A DNA stretch of 64,000 bases, from assembly GCA_951406725.2 (NCBI GenBank), contig OX597824.1, positions 53,816,001 through 53,880,000 on the forward strand, in the 5' to 3' direction. This document shows, piece by piece, positions 1-11,562 of this stretch. A program made the translations under genes and the position numbers. The number at the start of each line of letters is the position of its first letter. The stretch's first letter is position 1. The notes under the pieces were generated by a model, which worked only from the letters and a program-made list of their open reading frames with translations, was not told the DNA's origin and searched no databases. Source of the stretch: Octopus vulgaris. Lineage: Eukaryota.

Positions 1-470
1 GAAGCTACTGTGGACTGTGGTCAATCTCTGTCTGGAGAGTGTTGCAGCTGAAAGGCCATATTATGTGGCAACAGGATTTGGTTCATTGCTATACATCTGG
101 AAAGAGTCAGACATGGTTGTTGAAGAATTTCTACAACTTCACCAGCCCCAATTTCTGGCCTCCTAATTCCCCTGATTATAATTCCCATGGATTACTATGT
201 GTGGGAAACGGTTGAGAAATATACTAACTGCTCTGTTTGCAACACCAAGGCTGAGCTGGTGGCCAAAATCAAGGAGGTGTCCAAAGATCTTCTCAGACAC
301 ACAGTGAGGAACACCTGTGCCAGGTTCTGAAGCAATCTTGAGGCTGAGGGTGGCTACTTTGAGTAAACTGTTATCTCCCAGCTTTAATCTAGTTGATATT
401 TTTTGGTGTTTTAAAATACTTTTATTTTTGGATAGGATATTGAGTTCTAGAAGTGTTGTGTTCCACCTAT
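1..470 (+). mobile_element. Tc1/mariner-superfamily (maT-like) transposase C-terminus, degenerate, truncated by window edge
   Basis: Frameshifted translation gives WQQD...FTSPNFWPPNSPD-NPMDYYVWETVE...AEGGYFE*, the typical IS630/Tc1/mariner C-terminal motifs. Confidence 0.8.
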
Positions 471-759
471 CCTAGCCTGACAAACCAACCTACATCTCCC
501 TTTCCCAAACTGTTTCTCTTCTCTTCCTCACATTTCCTCTTTATACACTATGATTATCTCCCACTCCCAAATCTAGTCATCCTACTCTGCTCACTGTATC
601 ATTGCTTCCCCCACTACCCGTCCTTTCCCCCTCTATATATCCAGATTCTCACTAGTCACAACATTCCCCATTCCCACTCCCTAGTCATGACTTCTTGACA
701 ATACCATGCCAGCACCTGCCACCATTCATCTTTCTCTTCTTACTCTATCATCCCATCCA

Positions 760-1790
760 TGCCTTGATCGCAGAATCTCATGGAAGGAACTTTGGGCTTG
801 GGAACAAGCAAGGACACCCTTCCTGATCAAGTCTACCTTCGACGTTTTACCCTCACCAGCGAATTTAGTCCGATGGAACATACAAACAACTGGTGAATGT
901 AGATGCGGAGAGAAAGCGACGGTGAGACATGTTCTGTCAAACTGCAGGCTAGCACTAGACAGATATGCATGGCATCACAATCAAGTCCTCGGCATCATAA
1001 GGAGAAGATTGAAGGATATAATAGGAGAGAGTACCCAAAAGTGGAAAAGTGCAGAAAAATATACTTCCTGAAGGAGGGAAAAGGACATAAGGCTAGGCCT
1101 TCAAATAAAATATACAAGACAGACGAAAGATGGAAGGGATACTGGGAGCTGGCCATGGATTTGGAAAGACTATTAATATTTCCACTCATAAAAACGGCAA
1201 AAAGACCAGACTTAATTCTATGGAACACAGAACAGAGAATTGGAATTTTGCTAGAGCTGACTGTAACATGGGAAGAGAACATCACTAATGCAGAGCAACG
1301 GAAGGAGAAGAGGTGCCAAAACTTAATCAAAGAGTGCAGAGAACAGGGATGGACTGTCAAGTATTACCACCTGGCAGTGGGGGCAGAGGCTTTATTGAAA
1401 AGAAAATGACAACATTATTCAAAAGAAGGTTTGCATTGTCGAGCTCAGAGTTGAGAAATGTAATAAGGAGGATACAAGAGGCAGTCAAAAAAGTCAGCTT
1501 CTATATATGGTTGAAGTGAGAAGACCAAAAATGGCTTGACAGCCATAACATGCCAGCTGGGAAATAGCATTGCTAGGTGAGATTGGCTGACACTTAAGCA
1601 TCATCGTTGATTGACAGGTGGCGGTCTCATTCATGGTGCCCCCTCCTCCTGGTTCGAAGACTTGTACCATCAAACAGCTGATTGGCTCTGGCTGCTGGAA
1701 CTGAAACTAACACAACACTGTTGGAAGACAGGTTCAGAGAGGGTGCGAACTAAGATTACGTGCTCTTCTTCCCTTTCATTGGTCAGTTGG
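760..1790 (+). mobile_element. 5'-truncated RLE-type non-LTR retrotransposon (HERO/NeSL-like) 3' end
   Basis: ORFs 706..1071, 903..1409 and 1313..1519 join by frameshifts: LIKSTFDVLPSPANLVRW, CCHC-like knuckle (C-C...HVLSNC), RYAWHHNQVL, RPDLILW...ELTVTWEEN...RK (PD-(D/E)xK restriction-like endonuclease). Confidence 0.8.
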
Positions 1791-2867
1791 AGTTTAGACA
1801 GTGTTACGTGACAGCTACCTGGTGCTGGCTGCTGGAGCCTACCAGCGAGTATTTAAAGGAAAATTTGGCAGGATGGTCAGTCGCCCACTGACACTTGTTG
1901 ACACTGCATCAAAGAGGCCAGGCAACAGAAGAATGAAGGAGAAAGAAGAAATGCACTCAACACCAGAGCTGAAGACACCTCCAAAAGGGGGTGGCCCTAC
2001 TACATCAAAAATGGTAGAGGAGTAGGGGTCAGAACCGGTCATGGTTCCTCCTGATAATGTCTTTAGCCACTGGATCCTATAAAGGTGTTGTTGAGGTTGC
2101 AAACCACAAAATGTGGTTGGAATTTCTTGGAATTCCTCATCCCATCTATGCCTTGACTCCATTCCTTGTCAGTATACCCTGGCACTTCCTACCATCCCTC
2201 TCCTGCTCTTGCTGTCTCCTACTCGCTTTCTCTCTCTCTCTCTTTCTCTTGCTCTTCCCTCTGGCTGAGTAATTATGTATCTCCTCTACAGTAACAAGCC
2301 TGTTCTACCGTCATTCTTGATCACTCTCTCTCCTTCCTTCTCTTGCTCTTACCTCTGGCTAGCAGCACACCTCTTTCTTGTTAACGCTACCTTTCTCTCT
2401 CTAGGTAATCATGTCCCTCCTCTTCAGCAGTACACCTGTTTCTATTCTCACTCTTTTTCCCTCCTTCTCTTCTCCCTCTTTTTCTCCCTCTCCTTCTCTC
2501 TCTGGTTAGGTAACCATGTACCTCCACTACAGCAAGACACCGGTTTTTGTTTCTGTCAGACCCTAACCTTTCATCATATGACACAAGATATACTTCCTCC
2601 AAATCCCCTCCCTTCTCAAAGATTCCTTGTCTTGAAAAGTTACTTGATGACCTTGCCAGTGCAGGAGCCACTTAAAAAGCACCCTGTCCTCACTGTAAAG
2701 TGGTTGGCATTTGAATGGGCACCCAGTTGTAAAATCCATACAAAAACTGACCTCACCTGTGCAAGTGCCATGTAAAAAGCACCCAGCCTACTCTGCTGAG
2801 TGGTTGGTGTTAGGAAGGGCATCCAGCCACAAAAACCCTACCAAAACAGACACAGCTCCTGTCAAAC

Positions 2868-3057
2868 TTGCTTCAGTCATTTGACTGTGGCCATGCTGGA
2901 GCACCACCTTTAGTCGAGCAAATCGACTCCAAGACTTATACTTTGTAAGCCTAGTACTTATTCTCTTTTGCCGAATCACTAAGTTACGGGGGCATAAACA
3001 CACCAGCATCTGTTGTCAAGCGATGTTGGGGGGACAAACACAGACACACAAACATAT

Positions 3058-3102
<45 letters not shown>

Positions 3103-3265
3103 TATGGCGGTCTTCTTTCAGTTTCTGTCTACCAAATCCACTTACAAGGCTTTGGTCTGGCCGAGGCTATAGTAGAAGACACTTGCCCAAGGTGCCACGC
3201 AGTGGAACTGAACCCGGAACCATGTGGTTCGTAAGCAAGCTACTTACCACACAGCCACTCCTATG
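2868..3265 (-). mobile_element. tRNA-derived SINE
   Basis: Reverse complement of the 16816-17210 copy: A-box/B-box head, central (TA)n/(CA)n, tail with CAGTCATTTGACTG. Confidence 0.85.
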
Positions 3266-3474
3266 CTTATATATACATACATACATATAAACAGTGGCAG
3301 ACTGGGTCTAAAAATATTGGTTGCCAGGAGATGAAGGGGGCCCGCCTGCAACTACTATGCTATAATTTAATTTTTCTTTTTTTAAAAGTATTTCTCGGTA
3401 GTTCAATTATTTGGTGAAAAAAGTACCACCAAAGCAACTTAAGCCATCCAAAGGACTCATGCGTTTGCTAGTAT

Positions 3475-5080
3475 ATCTCTATATATAAAACTGAAATGCG
3501 TTTTTACCGCTTGGATCGCTTTCAATGCCACTACATCCCGTCCAATTTGCTCCTAAATTTACAGGGACATGTAGAATAAGGTGACGATGCTCGTGGGCTA
3601 CCTTACAAATCCCTAGCTTAAAAGGTGTGGTTGTTAAGGGCCATCTTCCTCACTCACACTATTTCCTCCAATACCCTCTCACTCCTCTTCATATACAACT
3701 TTGACAGTTCCACTACCGTTATTTAAAGTATCTGTCTTCACAAACTCACTCTCACAAGATGGGAAGGTGAGTGAAAAAGAGAGGAAATATCCTCTTTTTC
3801 ACTCACTCTGTCTCGTACCTTCCCATCACATTGGCGTTCTTTTAAGTATCTGTCTGTCACCAACAACACACAAGCATTAGAACAAATATTATGAATCAGA
3901 TATTCTTGCGTTCATTTATGTGTGTGTTCTATATATAAATATGTATATATAATGTATATATACAAAGTGTATATATCTGTATTTATGTATATTAAACTTT
4001 TTCATAGTTATATATATTTTTTAACAAATTATAAATATAATTTAATAACTTTTATTTTCAATTTAAATAATTAACATTTTTCAATTTTATATTTTATATA
4101 TTTTCTATATTATATTTTCTTTTAATGTTTTTGTTTTTGGTTTTTCACTGTTTGATTTGCCTATGAGTGGTTTTATCTCTAATTTAATTTATACAGATAT
4201 ATATCTCATTTGTATACATTTGTATATATAATGCGTGCACACACACACACACACACATATATATACATATATATATAATGTGTGCATTACGTAGTCGGTC
4301 GATTCAGCTGAAAATATGCACACCTATGTTAAAAGTGCTGGCAAGTTTGCATGACAACTATTTTTTTCCTCAAATGAAAGGCGTCACCTCTAGGACAAAA
4401 TTCCTCATCTTATAAAATGTGGCCCCAGTAGACCCGAATGAAATCGGGTTATATTAACCAAAATGTGAAAAGGGGTCTAAATGGGGCTGGAAGGGGATTA
4501 AAATTTCAAGGAGCGGCTGTTTAGGAATTCTCTGTTACATCAAGCTAAAAAATTTGCGCCAGCCTTTTAATCGTCAATGTGTTGCCGTCCATGATAAAGA
4601 AGTTTTGAATGCTTGCCATGGTGAGTCTACTGTCGTGAGAAAGAATCACTTCAAAAATTGGTGTTTACGAATTTTCTTTTACATCAAGTTCAAAATTTTA
4701 CGCCACCCGTTAAACTGTCAATACGTTGCTGTCCGTCGTTAAGAAATGCCAGCCATGGTGACTCTACTATCCTCAGATTCTATCCCTTCAAACTTTGGTT
4801 TCCAATATTTTATTATTTTTATTCAGCTCGCAAGTTCGTCTGTCCCTTTTAAATGTTAGCGTTTTGCTGTCTGCCTTGAAGCAGACCTTTCCATTGCCAC
4901 TGCATGATATTTATGATTGATCTTTCTAAATATTTAAATTCTCAACTTACTCAAGATCTTCTGTTTTTTATAAATGGGAGAGAGATAGATAAAAATTGAG
5001 AGTAAGAGAAAGCGAGAGAGAGTCTGAGAGAAAAGAAAAGTAAGAGAGTGGGAAAGTGAGAGAGAAACAAAGACAGAGAA
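3475..5080 (+). mobile_element. Putative Helitron-derived composite repeat with ~140 bp internal subrepeats
   Basis: Starts A|TCTCTATATATAAAA like the other Helitron 5' ends here; 4550-4900 has imperfect direct subrepeats. No 3' CTAG end identified. Confidence 0.35.
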
Positions 5081-5084
5081 TCAC

Positions 5085-5256
5085 ATCATCATCATCGTTT
5101 AACGTCCGTTTTCCGTGCTAGCACGGGTTGAACAGTGTGACCGGGGTCTGGGAAGCCAGGAGGCTGCACCAGGCTCCAGTCTGATCTGGCAGTGTTTCTA
5201 CAGGTGGATGACCTTCCTAACGCCAACCACTCTGTGAGTGTAGTGGGTGCTTTTTC
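5085..5256 (-). mobile_element. RTE LINE 3' tail fragment
   Basis: (CAT)n-CGTTTAACGTCCG tail of the same type as 52720 and 60423. Confidence 0.8.
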
Positions 5257-5269
5257 CCCTGGTGACCTT

Positions 5270-6250
5270 GACGTGTGCGTGTGTGTATGTGTAGGAGTGA
5301 AAACGTGGGGCTGGGAAGTGGTCAGTGTTAGTGCGTACGTGGTGGTGTGTTGTGATGAGATGTGTTGTGTGGTATGGTGGTGTATGGTGTAGTGGTCTGT
5401 GGTGTGGAGTGATGGTGTTGGGAGGTGGGGGAGGCAAGAGTGTGGAAGGTATAGGTGGGGTTGGAATGTGTAGGGGTTACAAGGGAGGGGTGACGATGAA
5501 GGGGGAAGGAGAAGATGGGTAGGAGTGAAGAGAAGAGAGGAGAGTAGGAGTGAAGAGAAGGAGTTGGAGCAAGAGAGGAGAGGTGGGTGGCAGGAAGTAG
5601 GTGTGAGGGGGAGAGACGCGAGGGGAGGGGGTTAGATGAAGAGGGGAGGAGATTTAAGCCCATGTGGCACAAAGGAGCAAAAAGAGAATATTAATCCCTG
5701 TTCAGGGCGCAAACGGGAGTCCACATGGCTCCTGTGTAAGGACAATCCGAACATGGACAGGTGTTGCAAAGATTGACTGGTAGAGCGGAAATAGTGCAAG
5801 AAGGGGTGTCATTGCCGAGTCGGATGTCTCAAAGGTGTTCCACGAATCCGTCAGCTGAGCGGAGTCCTAGTTTGCCCGATGTATAGAGAATGGCAGAGAG
5901 AGAGCAAGAGATGCAGTAGATGATATATATATGTATATATACCAGGAGTCCACATGGGCTCAACTCTCCTCCCCTTTACATCTAACCCCCTCCCCTCGCA
6001 TCTGTCCCCCTCACACCTACTTCCTGCCACCCACCTCTCCTCTCTTGTTCCGACTCCTTCTCTTCACTACTACTCTCCTACTCTTATATATATGTGTGTG
6101 TGTATTTATATACATATATATTATCCGAATTTTATAGTATTAAGTATCCATCACAGATGATCTGACCAATTAATTTCATGCAAAAAAATACAACAGAGTG
6201 TTAGGCAAGAAACCAATTATATAAATACATACGCTCATCAGAGGTAGCTG
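5270..6250 (-). mobile_element. Penelope-like element remnant (GIY-YIG) with inverted pLTR-like segment
   Basis: Minus strand 5925-5637 reads IIYCISCSLCHSLYIGQT...EQGLIF...PHGLK (frameshifted GIY-YIG). 5538-5638 is repeated inverted at 5979-6079. A hammerhead motif lies at 6154-6250. Confidence 0.75.
6154..6250 (-). ncRNA. Type I hammerhead ribozyme motif (degenerate)
   Basis: cagctacct-CTGATGA-gcgta...tgcat-GAAA-ttaattg-GTC-agatcatctg; core intact, stems partly decayed. Confidence 0.65.
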
Positions 6251-7114
6251 ACATGGAAGGGAATATGGCGACTGCTTGCCACTGCTGGAGGTGGATTAGT
6301 ACAACTGGTTGGCATCTGCTGTAAAAGGTAGTGAAATGTAAAAAGTTCCAGAGGATTTTGCTAGGAGTTATATCCCTTGGTTAGGTATGTTGTGGTGCCG
6401 GCTAAAGTCATCTTGAAGTGGGGTAAGTTTGTATTAATAATGTGGTTTCTCTGTGGGGATGGCGGCGTGTGTAGTGGTGATATATGTATAAATTTTTCTG
6501 GGGTGTAGATATATATAGCGCAGTGTTCTTTACTGTGTTTTCTTCCTGCAAAGGTTAAAGCTGTGGGGGTTTTTAATTTAGCATGCAGTGTGTAATGTGT
6601 AATGTATGATGTGTGTGTGTGGTGTTTGTTTATATGCGGGTCACAATTTGCATTAGGGAGTATGTGCTGGGGGTGGTGGGGGAATAGTTAACTGTGGGAT
6701 GTTCACTTTATAGAGGTGTGCATATGTACATGTGGGTGCACTGGTGTGTGTCTTGTTCAAACTCTTTACGCCAGGTTCAAGGTGGAAGATCGTTTGTAGA
6801 AGGTGGAAGTAGGGGACCAGTGGTTGCAGTCATGGTGGGTCACACAGGTATGACAGAATGTACTTTCTTTCATGTGGACAAGGATTAAACATCTCACACT
6901 TCCTATTGAGGTAAATATCTGGACATTGAGTGCCTTCTAAAATCGTCCTCTTCTTGGCTCTCTTCTGTGTCAACTTAATAGCACTTTTTGTGGCTTTTTG
7001 AGTCATTTTGACTCTTGTTTCTAGCAATGCTGGTACCATTTTGTACCCTTGCTTTTAGGTCTGAATTGCTAATGGCCCACCAATCTAATATGTTTAATAT
7101 ATATATATATTCTT

Positions 7115-7615
7115 TCATTTATTCTTTTAATTGTTCAGTCATTTGACTGCAGCCATGTTGGAGTACCACCTTAAAGGATGTTACTTGAAGAAATTGCCCC
7201 CAGGACTTATTCTTCGTAAGCCAAGTACTTATTCTGTTTGTCTCTTTTTCAGAACCACTAAGTTATGGGGACATAAACANNNNNNNNNNNNNNNNNNNNN
7301 NNNNNNNNNNNNNNNNNNNNNNNNNNNNNNNNNNNNNNNNNNNNNNNNNNNNNNNNNNNNNNNNNNNNNNNNNNNNNNNGTTATGGGGACATAAACACAC
7401 TAGCAACAGTAGTCAAGTGATGGTGGGGAGACAAACACACACAAATATATTCATATATATATACATATATATACGATCAGCTTCTATCTACCAAGTTCAC
7501 TTACAAGGCTTTGGTTGGCCCAAGACTATAGTAGAAGACACTTGCCCAAGGTGCCATGTAGTAGGACTGAACCCAGAACCATGTGGTTGGGAAGCAATCT
7601 TCTTCCCACACACCC
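7115..7615 (-). mobile_element. tRNA-derived SINE spanning the assembly gap
   Basis: Same tail and core as the other SINE copies; interrupted by Ns. Confidence 0.8.
7280..7379. other. Assembly gap (100 N)
   Basis: N run with the same 18-mer GTTATGGGGACATAAACA on both sides. Confidence 0.99.
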
Positions 7616-7639
7616 ATACTGTATATAAATATATATATA

Positions 7640-8556
7640 TACACTACATATGTGGAAATCTCTGGGTGTGTTTGTTTGTGGCGTTGCTATCTAACTTCTA
7701 CATTGTTTTATCAATTTTGATGGAATTTGACACATGAGTAGAATTCATGTTTGGAAAACTAGTGACATACTTAGATTGTTGAAAAGTCGATAATAGGACC
7801 CCTGGAAGGGATTCTTATATATACTACATATGACTAATATATTATTTTTAAACATCCAAGGGAAATAACCCATTCGCTCCTGAAAGGGATCCTTATATAT
7901 AGCCAAGGAAAATAACCCATTCGTGTTCATAAATTATTTCGTATAAATCAAATTAAGTATGCTTATTTCTTAGTATTTGAATTATTTGAGTTATTTTTGC
8001 AATTTATCCAGTACAACGCTTAAATAAGTAAACAGTATTTTCCTAAATAATAGATCCCCTTATTTTGGTTAGTGACTTATTCACAAATGTACCAACACTA
8101 GTGCCACTGAGGGTAATATTCTCTGTGAATGCACAAAAGCTTTTTTCAGAGTTATTTACTTTGAATTGTTATTATCTTATATCTGATTAGCCTGTTATTA
8201 TGTAACATGGTTCACGATTTTAGTATACATACCTTATTAGTATTTCCTCCTAAGTTCTATATACTCTGGGAACTATTAAAGTCCTTTTCGGGGCTACCTT
8301 ATTTGAATTCTTACTATCGGGTAATTAAGGTCATGCTATTACATAACTTACTTCACAATTTGGGTATTCATAACTTATTGGGAATTCCTAAAAACAAGAT
8401 CCTGTGTAAGACAGTTCGGCATTCTCAATAAATGCAGAAAAACCGTTTTAAGGGCTACATACTTTGTATTGTTGTTACTGGATTAGCAAAACAATTATGA
8501 GAACGGAACCAAGGGATAAGCCCCGCTTTTCCAGGAATTACCGGGAACGTCAGCTA

Positions 8557-8557
<1 letters not shown>
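7640..8557 (+). mobile_element. Non-autonomous Helitron-like element
   Basis: 3' hairpin ttccaggaattaccgggaa followed by CTAG|T at 8554-8558; a related copy is at 50630-51645. Confidence 0.6.
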
Positions 8558-8594
<37 letters not shown>

Positions 8595-8620
8595 ACACAC
8601 TGTATTTTCCAATTTGGGCA

Positions 8621-8700
8621 GTGCCTGAAGATTGCACTGAGAGACCAGACCCAAAAATACTGTCTGGCATGCTCTCATCACATGAAAGTAATAGTAGCAC
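8621..8700 (+). ncRNA. Type I hammerhead ribozyme motif
   Basis: gtgc-CTGAAGA(8625-8631), long stem II (tgagag/ctctca, ccagac/gtctgg), GAAA(8684-8687)-gtaata-GTA-gcac; stem I gtgc/gcac. Confidence 0.65.
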
Positions 8701-8799
8701 ATGAAAACATATATAGTGTTTATTAAAGAATATTTATCTTTCACCAGATGGAGTACTTATTTGTTGAGCTTACTATCACTGAACGTTACACTATATATA

Positions 8800-10110
8800 T
8801 ATGCACCAAGTGTAAGCTATGGACACATAAGAGATGCAGCAATGTCAAAGGAAGGCTAACTAGGAAGATGGTTTTTGTATGTGGCAGATGCTCAGGAACA
8901 ATAAACACTGAAAATGCTCTGAGACCAACTTCCGTCACTTTCCAGGGAGAAAAACTAGAAATAGTTGATAGTTTCCGTTACCTAGGTGACCAAGTCAGCA
9001 GCGGGGGCGGGTGTGCTGAAAGTGTAACTGCTAGAATAAGAATAGCTTGGGCAAAGTTCAGAGAGCTCTTACCTCTGCTGGTGACAAAAGGCCTCTCGCA
9101 CAGAGTGAAAGGTAGACTGTATGATGCGTGTGTACGAACAGCCATGCTACATGGCAGTGAAACATGGGCCGTGACTGCTGAGGATATGCGTAAGCTCGCT
9201 AGAAATGAAGCCAGTATGCTCCGATGGATGTGTAATGCCGGTACTCACACTCGGCAGAGTGTAAGTACCTTGAGAGAAAAGCTGGACCTAAGAAGCATCA
9301 GTTGTGGTGTGCAAGAGAGACGTTTGCGCTGGTATGGTCATGTGGCGAGAATGAATGAAGATAGTTGTGTGAAAAAGTGCCACACCCTAGCGGTTGAGGG
9401 AACCTGTGGAAGAGGCAGACCCAGGAAAACCTGGGACGAGGTGGTGAAGCACGACCTTCGAACTTTAGGTCTCACTGAGGAAATGACTAGAGACCGAGAC
9501 CTCTGGAAGTGTGCTGTGCGCGAGAAGACCCGGCAGGACAAGTGAGTCCATAACCCGTGGCCTTCTACATGGGATGGAGCCAGCCTACGTATGCATACCA
9601 TCCCTTCTTGGGACACAAAACTCTACTTGTGAAGACGTGTTGAGGCAAGTGAGGATCAGAATCGAAATCGATCAATGGAAATTGCGGATGTGTTACCAGT
9701 GCCGGTGGCATGTCGAAACTCTACTTGTGAAGACCCGTTGAGGCAAGTGAGGATCAGAATCGAAATCGATCAATGGAAATTGCAGATGTGTTACCAGTGC
9801 CGGTGGCATGTAAGAGAACTTTCCGTTTCGCGACCGTTGCCAGCACCGCCCCGTTTCGTGTCCGTTGCCAGCCTCGCCTGGCCCTCGTGCCATCCGTTCG
9901 TGGCCGTTTGCCAGCTCTGTCTGGCACCAGTGCGGGTGGTACGTAAAAAGCACCCACTACACTCACGGAGTGGTTGGCATCCAGCCGTAGAAACACTGCC
10001 AGATTTGACTGGGCCTGATGAAGCCTTCTGGCTTCACAGACCCCAGTAGAACCGTCTAACCCATGCTAGCATGGAAAACGGACGCTAAACGATGATGATG
10101 ATGATGATGA
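8800..10110 (+). mobile_element. 5'-truncated RTE LINE (young; RT C-terminus still open)
   Basis: ORF 8748..9545: VDSFRYLG...CVRTAMLHGSETW...RLRWYGHVARM...GRGRPRKTW; 3' UTR with a ~97 bp tandem duplication (9618-9812); (GAT)n tail. Confidence 0.92.
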
Positions 10111-10280
10111 TATATACACACACACATATATACATACATATACAATGGCCTTCTTTCAGTTTCTGTCAACCAAATCCACTTACAATGCTTTGGTTGGCAC
10201 GGTGCTATTGTAGCTATAGACTCTTTCCCAAGCTGCTACATAGTGGGACTGAAGTTGGAATCATGTGGTTGGGAGGTAAT
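10110..10280 (-). mobile_element. SINE head fragment
   Basis: Similar to the SINE core (ttctttcagtttctgtcaaccaaatccact). Confidence 0.6.
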
Positions 10281-10439
10281 ATATATATATATATATATAG
10301 TTCTTTATGTCTTGACAGTCATCTTTCCTGTTTGATGAGCAAGTTCTGCTACAATATCTGTAACCACAGAAGGTACTGCAGGGCTGTGGTGGGCTACCTT
10401 TCTTTCTTTGGCATTTTACTTCAAGGGTCAGGATATTTC

Positions 10440-11220
10440 CTCCCTTGAGTTGTTTGTCTCCTTTATTCACTGAGGTTTTCCATGCTGTTCTGTCTTCAGC
10501 TAACTTTTCCCAAGCCTTTGCATTGATGTAACATTTGGTCAGGCTGCTCTTACATGTATCCCTGAATCTCAGCTTTCCTCATCCTCTGGGTCTGCTACTC
10601 TGAGCCAACTCACCATATAACAACTGCTTTGGAATTCTGTTGTCATCAGTTATCTTAGTCTCCTTTTGCACATAATAGTTGTCATGCTCAGAAGTGCTGC
10701 TTGTTTCAAGACTTCTGTGTTGGTTACTTTGTCTTGCCAGGTGATGCCAAAGATCTTGCACAGGCATCACAGATGAAATACATTGAGCTTCTTCTCGTCT
10801 TGTGTATAATGTCCAGGTCTTTCATCCATAGAGGAAGGTGATTATTATGCATGCTTCATAAATCCTGATTTTGGTTTTCACTGTGAGCATCTTGTTGTTC
10901 CATGCTCTCTTGCCAAGTCTACTAGAGGCTGTAGCAGCTTTTCTATCATATTTCATCATCTAGGGAGGTTGTCAAAGTCATTGTGGACCTGAGATAGCAG
11001 AATTTCTTTACAACTTCCAAAGGTTTGTTGTCCAGCATGATGTTGCCTTGAGTTGTGCCATCTTGTGTCAGAATGGCTGTCTTCTTGATGCTCATTACAA
11101 GAGAAAATCCTTTGCAGGCTTGTGAAAGGAGCTCCAATATCATCTGTAGTGTTGACTCGCTGCAAGCAAGCAGTACTACATCATCTGCAAAGAGGATATC
11201 TCTGGTCAAGGACTTGGTTT
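10440..11220 (-). mobile_element. Degenerate RTE-BovB-like LINE fragment (second RTE family)
   Basis: ORFs 10946..11209 (DILFADD...SIKKT...KFCYL) and 10579..10770 (RIPKQLLYGEL...RPRG); lacks the Cys-rich insert. Confidence 0.8.
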
Positions 11221-11299
11221 TGGTTTTTTACTCTGAGGTGTGCAAGATATATATGTCAATATATAGACATACATATATAAAACTATATAGTTATATATA

Positions 11300-11555
11300 C
11301 TCTCTTACTTGTTTCAGTCATTTAACTGCGGCCATGCAGGAGCACCACCTTTAGTTGAGCAAATCGACCTCAGGACTTATTCTTTGTAAGCCTAGCACAT
11401 ATTCTATAGGTCTCTTTTGCCGAACCAGTAAGTTACGGGGACATAAACACACCAGCATCGGTTGACAAGTGATGGTGGGGTGACAAACACAGACACAAAC
11501 ATAAACACACACATACATATATATACGATGGGCTTCTTTCAGTTTCTGTCTATGG
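11300..11555 (-). mobile_element. SINE 3' part
   Basis: Matches the SINE tail and core. Confidence 0.8.
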
Positions 11556-11562
11556 AGGCTCG

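Noticed and set aside
3292-3350. Partner terminus of the hAT element ending at 19633
   Set aside because: Only about 9 of 10 terminal bases match (CAGTGGCAGA vs CAGGGGCAGA), the subterminal sequence differs and no 8 bp target-site duplication is seen.
8748-9545. 265 aa ORF as a host gene
   Set aside because: It is the RT C-terminus of a truncated RTE LINE fused by chance to an upstream ATG in flanking DNA.
9618-9812. CRISPR-like or regulatory repeat array
   Set aside because: A two-copy tandem duplication in a LINE 3' UTR with no unique spacers, in a eukaryotic context.
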